64,000 nucleotides of DNA from Nanohaloarchaea archaeon B1-Br10_U2g21 (GCA_001563915.1 LKMP01000002.1:32001-96000), one strand, 5' to 3'. Shown: positions 17,655 through 28,067, numbered from the stretch's first letter. Notes: generated by a model from the letters alone, not told the origin. Translations and numbers: made by a program.

Positions 17655-19016
17655 TCATGTTTCCTGGCCTATTTTTTCCCGGAGCATTTCAAGAAATTCA
17701 TCCTTATTTTCTCTTGGTATCTTAGCTCCGGCCGCCACATTATGACCTCCTCCTTCCCCATCTAACTCTTCACATATTTCACCGATTATTTCTCCTAAGT
17801 TAAGACCTGCCTCTACTGCATCTTTCGAAGCTCTTGAAGAAATCTTAATCTCATCTTTCCCCGAATACGCAGCCCCCACCACAACATCAGATGTGAAAAA
17901 TCCATTACTCATTGATATAGTCGTAACAGTACCTATAAAATCATCCTTGATGTTGTCTTCTGCATCAATCACTCCAATTCCATCCTCATATATGTATTCC
18001 TCATCGTTCTTATTATTTTCAACAAATCGGAGCGATTTAGCTATTTTTCGACTGTATGCTCTAGAAATCTTTTTTGCAAGTTCTAAATCTCTTTCAACTA
18101 GAATGTTAACGCCTGTACGCGCTTTTCCAAGACGCCCACACGCATTAATAACTGTTGAGAACTCATCAACCTCATAACCATTTTCTAAAGTGTAAATATT
18201 GTTTAGCAGCGGTTGTACCGGTCTACCAGTCTTAATCAAACCATTTATCAGTTTGCGTTCTTCCTCCTCTGATAAATCACTCAACGTTCTGAAACTCCCA
18301 TTTTCTCTAATATTAACACCGTGAGACTGTACAAACTGCACAGCCCCATTATCATCATTAGAAATACCTTCCAAATGTGGATCAGTAGTATATTTTAGCG
18401 AGTCTTTTAGAGGTTTAGTCGTTCTACCATAGAGATCAAGACCTTTTCTTTTCTTAACTATCTCATTTTCCACTGCAAGCTTTTCAAGGTCTGAGTTAAG
18501 GCCTAGAAACTCTCCCTCTTGTTTCTGGATATCTCCTGTTGCTCCTATAAGAGCTAGCTCAACTAAATCAATGTTTTCTTCATCATATGCCCATGCCACT
18601 ATAAAAGACATTCCTGCTGCAGAGATTGCTTCTCCACCATCAATTCCAAGAAAATGAGGATTTAAGTGGACAAAACTACCTTTCTCACTGGGTTCGTGAT
18701 GATCAACTACAATTACTTCTTTTTCAGGCGCCAATATTTCTTCTATTGACGATGCCTTTCCTGATCCTATGTCAACAAATAATATGAGCTCTTCATCTTC
18801 TTCAGCAAGTCGTTCTACATCCTCTTCGTATAATTGTTTCAAAATTTCGTATTCAAACTCTTTACCCGCTCTTTCAAGCATTTGATATGCTATGGCGGTC
18901 GCAGATATTCCGTCTGCATCATATTGGCCTACAAGTCTTATCTTACCATCATATTCCTTGATTTTCTCAACTGCTGCCTGTGATTCTTCTTTAATATCTT
19001 GTAGACCATTCTCCAT
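17655..19016 (-). CDS. RecJ-like DHH phosphoesterase
   Basis: DADG, DIGS, DHH, GD, GGGH..AAG; conserved rps15-recJ-rps3ae context. Confidence 0.9.
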   Translation of the reverse strand: MENGLQDIKEESQAAVEKIKEYDGKIRLVGQYDADGISATAIAYQMLERAGKEFEYEILKQLYEEDVERLAEEDEELILFVDIGSGKASSIEEILAPEKEVIVVDHHEPSEKGSFVHLNPHFLGIDGGEAISAAGMSFIVAWAYDEENIDLVELALIGATGDIQKQEGEFLGLNSDLEKLAVENEIVKKRKGLDLYGRTTKPLKDSLKYTTDPHLEGISNDDNGAVQFVQSHGVNIRENGSFRTLSDLSEEEERKLINGLIKTGRPVQPLLNNIYTLENGYEVDEFSTVINACGRLGKARTGVNILVERDLELAKKISRAYSRKIAKSLRFVENNKNDEEYIYEDGIGVIDAEDNIKDDFIGTVTTISMSNGFFTSDVVVGAAYSGKDEIKISSRASKDAVEAGLNLGEIIGEICEELDGEGGGHNVAAGAKIPRENKDEFLEMLREKIGQET

Positions 19017-19077
19017 AAGTTATATCTGCCTGTGTCAAAGTTAACTGTTTTTCTTGAGATTGAACAGAATCAGGAAG

Positions 19078-19509
19078 TTATCTTGTATACTTCCAGCTTT
19101 CCCCAATATTTCCGTTTTCCCTGTGATAAGACGCAATTCTCCTGATCTTAGCTTCTGTAAGCTCTAGTCTTCTAATGGCCTGCTGATCTTCTGAATTGTC
19201 TTCCAAGTGTTCAGTAATCTTTTCTGCTTTCTTGATAAGATTCGTTAGATCTTCAGGTAGTTCAAGACCTACATCATTTTCGTCTAAAATTTCTGTAATA
19301 GTTTTCTCAGTAACCTGTTCTACGCTAGGGATTCCATACTGATCTCTAATTCTTAAACCAATCTGCGCAGGCATTAGACCTTCTTCCCTTAACTTAAGGA
19401 CTAGATCTTCTACTTCATCTTCATCGTAGTCTACCCAGTCAGGTTGACTTTCTTCTACAGGTTTTTTTGATCCGGATACTCCTCTTCCGTCAGAATGCAT
19501 TCTTGCCAA
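19078..19509 (-). CDS. rps15: 30S ribosomal protein S15 (uS15)
   Basis: ARMHS..RG.SGS; IG..IRDQYGIP; EAKIRRIASYH; TTG start after AAGGTGA SD. Confidence 0.93.
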   Translation of the reverse strand: MARMHSDGRGVSGSKKPVEESQPDWVDYDEDEVEDLVLKLREEGLMPAQIGLRIRDQYGIPSVEQVTEKTITEILDENDVGLELPEDLTNLIKKAEKITEHLEDNSEDQQAIRRLELTEAKIRRIASYHRENGNIGESWKYTR

Positions 19510-19644
19510 TGTTTGTTCACCTTTGCTGATACGGCTCAGCTCATACTTCGCCGCTCTAAACAATATGAGTAAGAGGAAATTTTTTAAATCAAGACCAGGC
19601 CACTAAATTTTTTGTGAAAATCAGAGTCTAGAGCTAAGAAATTC

Positions 19645-20205
19645 TTACTTATAGCGACCTCTTTGTTCTACTTCCGCCAATCTCTGGATCACATCTTCCC
19701 TAAACTCAGGCCTATATCCTTCCATAAAGTTCTCCCAGGCTTCTTCAAACTTGTCTGAGTGAGAACTCTTTAAGACTTGTTTCAGAAGATGAAGGTCTAC
19801 TGCTCGGTCTTCTGTCCGTGTACTCTGGCCGGATAGTCCAAAGTCAATTAAATATATCTTATCCGAGTGCATGATATTCTTTGTAGTCATATCCCCATGC
19901 ACTATCTCTGCAGAGTGAAGCCTGCCCAGATGTTTTCCGACTTCCCCCATTTTTTCAGCTTTAAAATTTTCTGCGAGAGATTTGCCATCAATTTTTTCAA
20001 TTTCAAGCACATAGTCTGATACCTGTTCAATTTTTGGCACGCTAACATCATGTCTTAAGGCCTTTTTCATTGAGTTATACTCTGTCTGTGTTCGCTGCTT
20101 TCTAATACGCTGGTCAAGCTCTGGATGGCGGTATTTTTTCCTAGGTCTTTCTTTGACCACTTTATCTTCTAGTATTTCTATTTCGGCTTCTGCTCCTTGG
20201 ATCAT
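19645..20205 (-). CDS. bud32: KEOPS kinase Bud32
   Basis: GAEA, YRHPELD, HGDMTTKN, IDFGL, DRAVDL. Confidence 0.93.
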   Translation of the reverse strand: MIQGAEAEIEILEDKVVKERPRKKYRHPELDQRIRKQRTQTEYNSMKKALRHDVSVPKIEQVSDYVLEIEKIDGKSLAENFKAEKMGEVGKHLGRLHSAEIVHGDMTTKNIMHSDKIYLIDFGLSGQSTRTEDRAVDLHLLKQVLKSSHSDKFEEAWENFMEGYRPEFREDVIQRLAEVEQRGRYK

Positions 20206-21806
20206 AGGTTGAGATATTTGCGGAATTCTAAAAGGCTTTTCCTACGCATCTCTTCTTTCTTTACCGGATTATTTGTGAGCGCATAAAGATCATCCACCAT
20301 TTTTTCGCTTGCAGCAATATCTGGAACCATAACATGTAAAGCACCTTTTTCAAGAAGTTCTAGGCCTTCTTTTGGATCTTCTGCTCTAACTATCTTATCT
20401 TTAGGGCTTTCGATTCCAAGTATCCGGCCTGAAATTTTGAACGATGGAACTGTTGAGATGATCAAAGCTGCGTTTTCATGATTTGCTTCATCCCATGTGA
20501 TTTCATCCATTACGTCCCCATAGACTGCTTTGAAACCTTTCTGGTTTAGTTCGGAGATTTTTTCAGGGTCATTGTCGATTACTATAAACTCTGTTTCTTC
20601 TTCCAGTAATGCCTCTACTATTTTCTTTCCCTGTATATCATAGCCTACAACGATTACGTGGTCTTCAGTTTCGTAACTCGTTCTCGAACCTCTTTCAGAA
20701 CCTATTACGTTGTATATTTCTTCTTCATATTTTTTAGTGTACGAGGAAAGGACCATTGTAGCTGTAGCCGCTAAAATAATAGCCTCAAAAGTCACATCTG
20801 TTATGAATCCAAGTACAAATCCTTGAATAGTTATTACTAATGCTAATTCGCTTACCTGATCTATAGACAGTCCTGTAAGTAGTGCCGTTCTGTTGTCATA
20901 GTTAAACATTTTTAACGATAGATATGCTGTTAGAGGCCCTACAATCACAGTTATTAGTGTAAGCCCTATTGCCGATGCTAGAACTGTTTGGCTAGGAAAA
21001 CTGAGTAATGCGCCAAGTATTACAAAGAATATTGCTGAAAAGAAGTCCTTTATTGACCCCATTGTATCTAGTAGTTCAACATTGTAAGGGAACTTTGATG
21101 CAGCTATGCCTGCTGCAAACGCCCCTACCACCATAGAAGCTCCAAGGAACTCGCTTAGACCTATAAAGCCTATTAGTAGAGATAGAGAAGCCATTGTAAT
21201 AAGCTCTTGATTTCCTCCGGCTTGTTCTGCTATAAATCCAAATACATGATCCCTGAACAGTACTGCTCCCACAATTATTAGAGCCGAGTATGCTAGTGCA
21301 AGTAAAGCTGACTCTACTGTAGTTGCAAGCACTACTGCTATAAGAGCAAAAGCCACCATATCCTGAACAAAATGCAGCGATTCGACAAGGCGGCCATGTA
21401 AAAGGTTTGTATGTATCTCTCTTTCTGTTAGTTGTAGACCTACAAGACTTGAACTCAATGCAGCCGCCATTGCAAAGTAAAAGGAATTATTTGAATCAAA
21501 TCCTAGTGCTGTAGCTAGTAGGTATGCTAATCCTCCCGTAACCAGCATCTGAATTAGAGAAGTATTAATTGCTGCTGAAGCAGTTGATTTTAAATTTTTA
21601 GGATTATACTTGAGTCCAAATATGAATACTAGGAATGCAATACCTATCTGTGCAAGATTTAACAAATCAGTACTTGATATAAGCGTTCCAGCTACTATAC
21701 CAGCAATTATATATCCTGGCAGCGATGGATGGCCAAACCTATCCATTATAAGTAGCATTATCGCCGCTGCTGCAAATATTACTGTAAAGTCTGCTAATAT
21801 TTCCAT
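20202..21806 (-). CDS. Kef-type CPA2 K+/H+ antiporter with RCK-N domain
   Basis: multi-TM CPA2 motifs (QD, GAFAAG, FF..LG, QVSE) plus HVIVVGY...YGD. Confidence 0.9.
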   Translation of the reverse strand: MEILADFTVIFAAAAIMLLIMDRFGHPSLPGYIIAGIVAGTLISSTDLLNLAQIGIAFLVFIFGLKYNPKNLKSTASAAINTSLIQMLVTGGLAYLLATALGFDSNNSFYFAMAAALSSSLVGLQLTEREIHTNLLHGRLVESLHFVQDMVAFALIAVVLATTVESALLALAYSALIIVGAVLFRDHVFGFIAEQAGGNQELITMASLSLLIGFIGLSEFLGASMVVGAFAAGIAASKFPYNVELLDTMGSIKDFFSAIFFVILGALLSFPSQTVLASAIGLTLITVIVGPLTAYLSLKMFNYDNRTALLTGLSIDQVSELALVITIQGFVLGFITDVTFEAIILAATATMVLSSYTKKYEEEIYNVIGSERGSRTSYETEDHVIVVGYDIQGKKIVEALLEEETEFIVIDNDPEKISELNQKGFKAVYGDVMDEITWDEANHENAALIISTVPSFKISGRILGIESPKDKIVRAEDPKEGLELLEKGALHVMVPDIAASEKMVDDLYALTNNPVKKEEMRRKSLLEFRKYLNL

Positions 21807-23554
21807 TTTTCTGAAGTCTCCTTAACTTTTTGTTTTTCGATTTCAACCTCTTCTAAGAATATTTCTCTATCTTCTAGGTATAGCTTGAGCAGATCTCCTA
21901 GTTTTTCTCCCGCCAAGTGTTCTTTCAGTATCACATAATCTGCTCCGCTTTCGTATAGCTCTACAGCATCTTCAAATGATTTAGCTTTCAGAACGGTAAG
22001 ACATTCAAGTTCTTCCAATATCATTTTATTGAGATCTTGATCAGGCGCCATAGAGATTACTGCTTGAGCATTCTGAAGACTAGACTCTTTCCTGATTTCA
22101 TCATGTATAAGATCGCCGTACACTAATTCATGAGATGCATCCCTATTTTCAACACTGTGACCGGTTTCTTGAAGCTGTTCTACAACTGCAGGATTCTTTT
22201 CAACAATCAGAACATCCTCATAGAGTTCTTCGAGCAGAGGTACAAGTTCTCTCGTAGACTCATCATATCCTACTACTACCGCATGATTCCTATGTTTAAT
22301 GTCTCGCGTCTGTATAGGATTTTCTGGCTCAAATCTTTGTAGATAAGGCTCTACTCTCTCAAAGATTTCTCGGTTGTACATTACATAGTATGTAGAGATA
22401 GGCATAGTGATTATTGCCATCAAGCTCAGGAATCCTAGAATACCAGGCTCAACAAATCCTTGTGTAACTGCTAACGCTCCCAATACTAATGAGAACTCAC
22501 TGACTTGTAGCATTGAAATAGTACCAAGGAAAGAAGTCTCTAAATCAAAGTTTTGGCTAATGTAAAGACCGAAAACAATACAGAAATTGATTCCCAGAAG
22601 AAGTACCGATGCAATAACCGCTTCTTTCCAATATACTAATAGAGAACTCATATCGATTGTGAGGCCTATACTAGCGAAAAATATCACTATGAAAAAGTTG
22701 GTTACAGGAGCCATCCTCTCCTTTAACTCAGTACTATACGATGATTGGGCCAATGCAAGACCTGCAAGAAATGCTCCAATCTCAATTGAGACATCGTAAT
22801 AGTCTGAAACAAATATGAATATAAATGCCCATGCTAAGCCCACAGTGAGCAATGTTGTTGAGTTAGAGGCGCTTAATCGTAATAAAGTCGGCAATACATA
22901 CTTGCTTGTTAGATATGCGGCCATTCCTATCAGGAACATCATGAAAAATACTCTAGAAATTTGAAACATGATTTCATTGAATCCACTCATAGTGCCTACT
23001 GCTAAGATGGCCAAAGCCACTACAAGATAAAGATCCTGGAATATTAGTATTCCTACATCTACCCTGCCATAAAGCTCGTTTAGTTCATCCTTATCTCCTA
23101 AGACCTTCACGATAATTGGTGTCGCTCCAAAAGTAGTTGCCAAAGCAATCATCAATGACGTAAATAGGTCAAAACCAAGCAGTAAAGCGACTATCGTTGA
23201 TGCAATACCCTGTAACGTTGCCTGTCCCACTGCAATAAATCCTACAGGCTTTAAAATTTCCCTGACTTTTCCAAAACTCATTTCCATCCCTAGTAAGAAC
23301 AACAAAAATCCGAGGCCTAGTTCAGCAATTATGTCAATAAGTTGATCCTGTGACACTATAGGGCCATCAAGGAAAACAGATAAATCGAAGGGAAGCATTC
23401 CATGAGTAAGTAACGCATATCCTATGGGCCCTACAATCAGCCCTGTGATAATATACGCCACAATAGTCGGTTGTTTCGTCTTACGGGCTAGAAACCCGAG
23501 TAGCGTCGCTGCTATCAATAAAATTGCGAAGTCTAGTGTGAATGCTTCAATCAT
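21794..23554 (-). CDS. Kef-type CPA2 K+/H+ antiporter with RCK-N domain (paralog)
   Basis: FQD, GAFLAG, QVSEFS, HAVVVGY...GADYVI. Confidence 0.9.
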   Translation of the reverse strand: MIEAFTLDFAILLIAATLLGFLARKTKQPTIVAYIITGLIVGPIGYALLTHGMLPFDLSVFLDGPIVSQDQLIDIIAELGLGFLLFLLGMEMSFGKVREILKPVGFIAVGQATLQGIASTIVALLLGFDLFTSLMIALATTFGATPIIVKVLGDKDELNELYGRVDVGILIFQDLYLVVALAILAVGTMSGFNEIMFQISRVFFMMFLIGMAAYLTSKYVLPTLLRLSASNSTTLLTVGLAWAFIFIFVSDYYDVSIEIGAFLAGLALAQSSYSTELKERMAPVTNFFIVIFFASIGLTIDMSSLLVYWKEAVIASVLLLGINFCIVFGLYISQNFDLETSFLGTISMLQVSEFSLVLGALAVTQGFVEPGILGFLSLMAIITMPISTYYVMYNREIFERVEPYLQRFEPENPIQTRDIKHRNHAVVVGYDESTRELVPLLEELYEDVLIVEKNPAVVEQLQETGHSVENRDASHELVYGDLIHDEIRKESSLQNAQAVISMAPDQDLNKMILEELECLTVLKAKSFEDAVELYESGADYVILKEHLAGEKLGDLLKLYLEDREIFLEEVEIEKQKVKETSEKWKY

Positions 23555-24125
23555 GTAGAGCTGCCTCTATTTCTTCCTGAGAAATAGGTCCCTCTCTGTG
23601 AATAAAAACCTCACTGTTCTTTACCTCAGCAATAGTAGAAGTAGGGCCACTAGGTAAATGGCCTTTGTCAAGCACAAAGTCTACTTTTTCCAGCAACTCC
23701 TCAGAAATATCATCTACAGAATAAGAAGTCTTCTCACCAGAAATATTAGCGCTTGTTGCTATTAAAGGCGTTTTTTCTGCAATTTCTCTTGCTAGAGGGC
23801 TTGAGGAAATCCTGAAAACGAACTTGTTATTCACGTTGTCAGGCATATTATCTTTCTTTTTGGCTACCAACGTGAGAGGTCCTGGCATAAACTCTTCAAT
23901 CAGAATTTTTTCTTTCTCAGATAAATCAGCATATTCTTCAGCAACCTCTAGCGAACTGACAATAACTGTAAGGCCTTTATTTCTAGGTCTCTGCTTCGCA
24001 TCGTAAACTTTTTCCACTGCTCTTTTGTTTAGTGCATCAGCGCCCAAACCATAAGCAGTCTCTGTTGGATATACTATAAGACCTCCGTCTTTGATTATTT
24101 CTCTGGCTTTTTTATCGTCTGACAT
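23547..24125 (-). CDS. sua5: threonylcarbamoyl-AMP synthase (YrdC/Sua5 N-domain only)
   Basis: YPTETAYGL, K.RP, PGPLT, TSANISG. Confidence 0.93.
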   Translation of the reverse strand: MSDDKKAREIIKDGGLIVYPTETAYGLGADALNKRAVEKVYDAKQRPRNKGLTVIVSSLEVAEEYADLSEKEKILIEEFMPGPLTLVAKKKDNMPDNVNNKFVFRISSSPLAREIAEKTPLIATSANISGEKTSYSVDDISEELLEKVDFVLDKGHLPSGPTSTIAEVKNSEVFIHREGPISQEEIEAALHD

Positions 24126-24181
24126 GCAGGAACTAAAACGTAAGGTGAATGTTTAAAATGCTGGGGAAAACTTGAGGTCGT

Positions 24182-24982
24182 ATGGCCATACAAAAGTTTT
24201 TCAATAATTACTTATCCAATAAATCAGTTTGGGCTGTGGCCTTACTTATTTTAGTTGCTGCAGAATCAATTTCGTATTTTGCAATTCATGTATTACGCGT
24301 TAGCAGTGAAATTCCGGTCTCTCCGGTTTCTCTAACTCTATTGATGATTGGCGGCATGTATTACCTTTCGAACCACAAGCAATTTGGCCAAAAAATTGAA
24401 GAAGTATTTTTAGTAGGTTTTACTTTCCTTGCTTTAGGCCTTGTTGGCGTACTTGCTAGCTTAGTATTCTACTTGGCTGTAATACCTGAACTGGCTCCTC
24501 TAGTGCTAGGACAGATAGTTTCAAGCCTGGAGCTTGCTGTAGTGGCTGCAGGAATAATTATTGCAATTCAAAAATTTGATGTCCAAGATTTGCTACGCAA
24601 ACTAATTATCGCATCTGCCGGATTCTTACTAACAGCTATAGGTTACTCAGCCTACGTTGGAGCATTTAATTTGTACACCTTAGCAACATTCCACGGAACA
24701 GCGACAGTAAGCTGGTTTGTAACCTCAGTATTTGCATTTTATACTGCAGAATTTCTTGCAAAAAATCTAGAATACAGAGAAAAAAGTCTTATTGCTGTTC
24801 TTTTGCCCGGATTAGTAATATTACATAATATAGCAGACTATATCGCATTATCTATTATTAGTTTCATAGATTTCGAAATAGCGGAATCTTTACAACATAT
24901 AGGTCTTGCAGAACCTTATTTAGCTAGTATTGCTGCAGCCATAACAGGTCTTTTGTATGCATTATATTTACACCTCTTTTAG
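24182..24982 (+). CDS. multi-pass membrane protein
   Basis: ~8 hydrophobic segments. Confidence 0.7.
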   Translation: MAIQKFFNNYLSNKSVWAVALLILVAAESISYFAIHVLRVSSEIPVSPVSLTLLMIGGMYYLSNHKQFGQKIEEVFLVGFTFLALGLVGVLASLVFYLAVIPELAPLVLGQIVSSLELAVVAAGIIIAIQKFDVQDLLRKLIIASAGFLLTAIGYSAYVGAFNLYTLATFHGTATVSWFVTSVFAFYTAEFLAKNLEYREKSLIAVLLPGLVILHNIADYIALSIISFIDFEIAESLQHIGLAEPYLASIAAAITGLLYALYLHLF

Positions 24983-25232
24983 CGCAGACACGCTCTAAAG
25001 ACTAAGAATATACTAAACTTGTCTAGGTTCGACCAGAGGCGAAGGAATACCTTACTCCAAAGGAAATAACATATGCGAGTTATCATTTGAAGACAGAACA
25101 ATTACTATTAGATATTCCGCTCGAGATCTAGATGAATTAGAAGGTGTAATAAGCAATGATAATTTTTATGATGAACTCTTGAGCCAAGAGGAAATGCAGA
25201 ATTTATAACCCAACCCTCCTATAACTCAATAA

Positions 25233-26180
25233 TCACACCCTTATTCCTTCAGGCCTCCAATTCTGTTTGATTTCCGAATCCTTTAAGTCTATAAACTGTT
25301 TTCGCTTAGCTTTTTTAAGGCCTCTTTCAGCGATCATTGCTGCATTGTCCATACAATACTCTTTCGGAGGGAAATATGCATTAGTGCTTCGCTGCTCACA
25401 CATGGTCTCCACCATCTCTCTGAGGCGATTGTTCATTGCTACTCCTCCTGTGAGAAGTGCTTCGTCACTGTCTGCTTGAGCCATCGCTCTTTCAAGTGCT
25501 TCGACTGTTGCAGGGTATGCATGTTCTTGGAAAGTGTTTGCGATGACCTCATCTTCAACTTTACCAACTTTTTTCTCAAGTTCTGTTACAATACCTGAAA
25601 ATGAGAAATCCATACCTTTAACTGGATATGCGATTTCAATTATTTCATCTGTCTGTTCTGCCAATTTTTCTATTTCAGGCCCTCCTGGATGAGGATATCC
25701 AATTTTCCTTGCGAGTTTGTCGACCGCGTTGCCTAGTGCGATGTCTAAGGTTTCTCCAATTATTCGATACTTCGAGTTTTTCTCTGCTATTACTTGCGAG
25801 TTGCCTCCTGAGAGGTAAAGCGTTACAGGGCTTCCCGCCTCTGTGGTGCGCTTACCTATCTCTATGTGGGCAACACAGTGATTGACGCCGATTAATGGCA
25901 CTTCATGTTTCTGTGCAAGCGTGCGGGCGGCTACTGCTCCAATATCCAAACATTGTGGTATTCCTGGCCCCTGAGAAAAAGCTACTGCATCAATTTCTCC
26001 TACTAGTCCTTTTGAAATTATTTCATGTGCTTTCTGGTAGTGATGCTCTGCTGCTTTTCTGGGATGTATACCTCCTTTTTCAGGCTCATACATTGACTTT
26101 TCATTTGTGTATATTTTTTCTTCACTAACAGTGGAAGCTGCAAAGGTATGAGCAGTAGATTCTAAGCCTAGAACTTTCAT
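25233..26180 (-). CDS. kae1: tRNA t6A synthase Kae1
   Basis: LESTAH, GGIHP, NHCVAH, SGGN, DNAAMIA. Confidence 0.95.
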   Translation of the reverse strand: MKVLGLESTAHTFAASTVSEEKIYTNEKSMYEPEKGGIHPRKAAEHHYQKAHEIISKGLVGEIDAVAFSQGPGIPQCLDIGAVAARTLAQKHEVPLIGVNHCVAHIEIGKRTTEAGSPVTLYLSGGNSQVIAEKNSKYRIIGETLDIALGNAVDKLARKIGYPHPGGPEIEKLAEQTDEIIEIAYPVKGMDFSFSGIVTELEKKVGKVEDEVIANTFQEHAYPATVEALERAMAQADSDEALLTGGVAMNNRLREMVETMCEQRSTNAYFPPKEYCMDNAAMIAERGLKKAKRKQFIDLKDSEIKQNWRPEGIRV

Positions 26181-26270
26181 GTGAGAAATGTTAAAGTAGT
26201 AAAGAGTTTAATGGGCTCCCCATAAAAACACATATTGATTAATTTATTCTTCTAATATTATTTTGCTGTT

Positions 26271-26591
26271 TTGATGAGTAAAAAACTCTATGATGATATT
26301 GTTGAATACGTGCATAAAGGAACCAGTTTCTATGAAAAGGAAACTCCTGATCTTGACTTAGAAACCCAGTGTTTCGTGTCTCATGAGAGACAGTGCGTCT
26401 TGAAAGTCCAGTTGGACGAATTAGGTGAAGTCTCTCTTGAGTATGGTAAAGATCTTCAGGACTGTGAAACTAAATCAGGATTCAGATATATGAGAACTCT
26501 TGAAAGTAAAGGAGCTACAACAGTCGAGTCTTTAGAAGACGCAGCAGAGTTCCTAATCGGTAATTACGCAGTCGATAAATTCGCTAAATGA
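26271..26591 (+). CDS. hypothetical protein
   Basis: 106-aa ORF between kae1 and rps27ae, opposite strand. Confidence 0.55.
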   Translation: MMSKKLYDDIVEYVHKGTSFYEKETPDLDLETQCFVSHERQCVLKVQLDELGEVSLEYGKDLQDCETKSGFRYMRTLESKGATTVESLEDAAEFLIGNYAVDKFAK

Positions 26592-26619
26592 CAAAAATCA
26601 GAAAGAGAAATGAAGAAAA

Positions 26620-26769
26620 TTATTGGTGTTTAGTGTATTGACACTTACCACAACTCTTGCGGTCATCGTGTTCTGCTAAGAATGATCCGCATCTAGGGCA
26701 TTTCTCTCCCTCATATTCTCCATTTTTGTCATATTTCTCGTATAGTGGTGATTCAGAGTGTTTAGGCAT
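26620..26769 (-). CDS. rps27ae: 30S ribosomal protein S27Ae (eS31)
   Basis: translated by hand: MPKHSESPLYEKYDKNGEYEGEKCPRCGSFLAEHDDRKSCGKCQYTKHQ; follows rps24e. Confidence 0.92.
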   Translation of the reverse strand: MPKHSESPLYEKYDKNGEYEGEKCPRCGSFLAEHDDRKSCGKCQYTKHQ

Positions 26770-26787
26770 TATAATTCTCCTCTAATT

Positions 26788-27228
26788 CTAGGCCTGATTT
26801 TTCATCCATTCTATGAATGTATTTCGGTTTTTGCCCTGTTCTTCTGCTGTGATAGCTGCTTCAAAATCAGGTTCTTCCATGTCATTCAGTGCTTGTTTAG
26901 CATCGGTAATAGTTCCTGAGACTATATCTTCATATTCTGCTGTTGCAACAGCTGTTTCATCGTCCTGCTCAACTGTTTCTTCTTCAAGCTCTTCATCATA
27001 TTCGAACTCTTCAAAAACATGGATTACTGCTTTAGCCTGTTTACTACCGTACCGACCGTAGACATTTTTAACGTCGACATTGTCTTTTTCTAAGCCTTTG
27101 TCAGCCGTTATCCGTGTTAGTACGTCTTCTTTGCTTGGAGTTGCTTCTCCACTGTGGTTTACTGTTGCTTCTACCTCTCTTCTCTCCATGAGAGGGTTTT
27201 CTTTTACTGATGTTATTTCGACTTCCAT
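26788..27228 (-). CDS. rps24e: 30S ribosomal protein S24e (eS24) with C-terminal extension
   Basis: ENPLMERREV...ATPSK; extra ~60 aa ending EEQGKNRNTFIEW. Confidence 0.9.
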   Translation of the reverse strand: MEVEITSVKENPLMERREVEATVNHSGEATPSKEDVLTRITADKGLEKDNVDVKNVYGRYGSKQAKAVIHVFEEFEYDEELEEETVEQDDETAVATAEYEDIVSGTITDAKQALNDMEEPDFEAAITAEEQGKNRNTFIEWMKNQA

Positions 27229-27242
27229 ATTATTTTTTCACC

Positions 27243-27425
27243 TTATTTTACTCTTACCGCATATCTTCCCGGAGTTTGAATACCTGCTTCTTCTGCTATT
27301 TCAGATTCCGCATCATATACAACAATGAGTCCGCTCCAAGAGTTCGATAGCACATTGTTTTTGCATACAGGACACTCATCAGAGTTCTCTACTATCCTCT
27401 TACAGTCTGTACACGCTCTAGCCAT
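27243..27425 (-). CDS. spt4: transcription elongation factor Spt4 (RpoE'')
   Basis: ACTDC...CPVC...WSG...PGRYAVRV; real ATG at 27425. Confidence 0.93.
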   Translation of the reverse strand: MARACTDCKRIVENSDECPVCKNNVLSNSWSGLIVVYDAESEIAEEAGIQTPGRYAVRVK

Positions 27426-27429
27426 TAAC

Positions 27430-28005
27430 TCAGACCTCCTCTTCTTCTGCTTCAAGTTCTTCTTTTTCTTCTTCGTATTCTTCAATCCATTCCTGTTTTC
27501 CTAATCCAGGTTGTCTCATTGTCAGGTTAATCTTATTTGAGTCTTGTTTGCCTAGACTAACAGCGATAATTCTTGTAGTCACTATATCATTTACTGTCAG
27601 GCTTTTTTCCTGCTCATCACTTGTAAGCATTAAATTTTCTTCATCCAAGTTCATGTAGTCATCCGTTACTTGTGAAATGTGGCATAGACCATCAAAAGGC
27701 CCTATCCTGATAAATGCTCCGAATTCTGTCAGATCTACTACTTCTCCATTTATTACTTCATGAAGTTCTGGTTCAAAGACAATTGCTTTGTATCTTGCTG
27801 TGTAGTGGATTCCCGCATCTTCTGGTTCAATTTCTCCGCCTTCGATTTCTTCTACATCTTCAACCGCGATAATCACACCTAGTTCTGAGTCGATTTCGCC
27901 TTCTTTTTCTGCTATAAGACCATTCTGGACGCTTTCTTCAAGATCTTCCCCAAGGTGTTGGGGAGGAACCCTTACAGAGTCCTCAATTGTAATTCGTTTG
28001 TACAT
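27430..28005 (-). CDS. rpoE1: RNA polymerase subunit E' (Rpo7)
   Basis: VRVPP, FGAFIRIGPFDGLCHISQ, LTMRQPGLGK. Confidence 0.95.
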   Translation of the reverse strand: MYKRITIEDSVRVPPQHLGEDLEESVQNGLIAEKEGEIDSELGVIIAVEDVEEIEGGEIEPEDAGIHYTARYKAIVFEPELHEVINGEVVDLTEFGAFIRIGPFDGLCHISQVTDDYMNLDEENLMLTSDEQEKSLTVNDIVTTRIIAVSLGKQDSNKINLTMRQPGLGKQEWIEEYEEEKEELEAEEEEV

Positions 28006-28067
28006 TTATCTCTCTACCTCTACGGAACTAAAATCGACTTTGGAACAAAGTTTTAATAGTGGTACGC

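Noticed and set aside
24983-25232. Possible small ORF or remnant between the membrane protein gene and kae1
   Set aside because: Short interrupted frames with no recognisable motif
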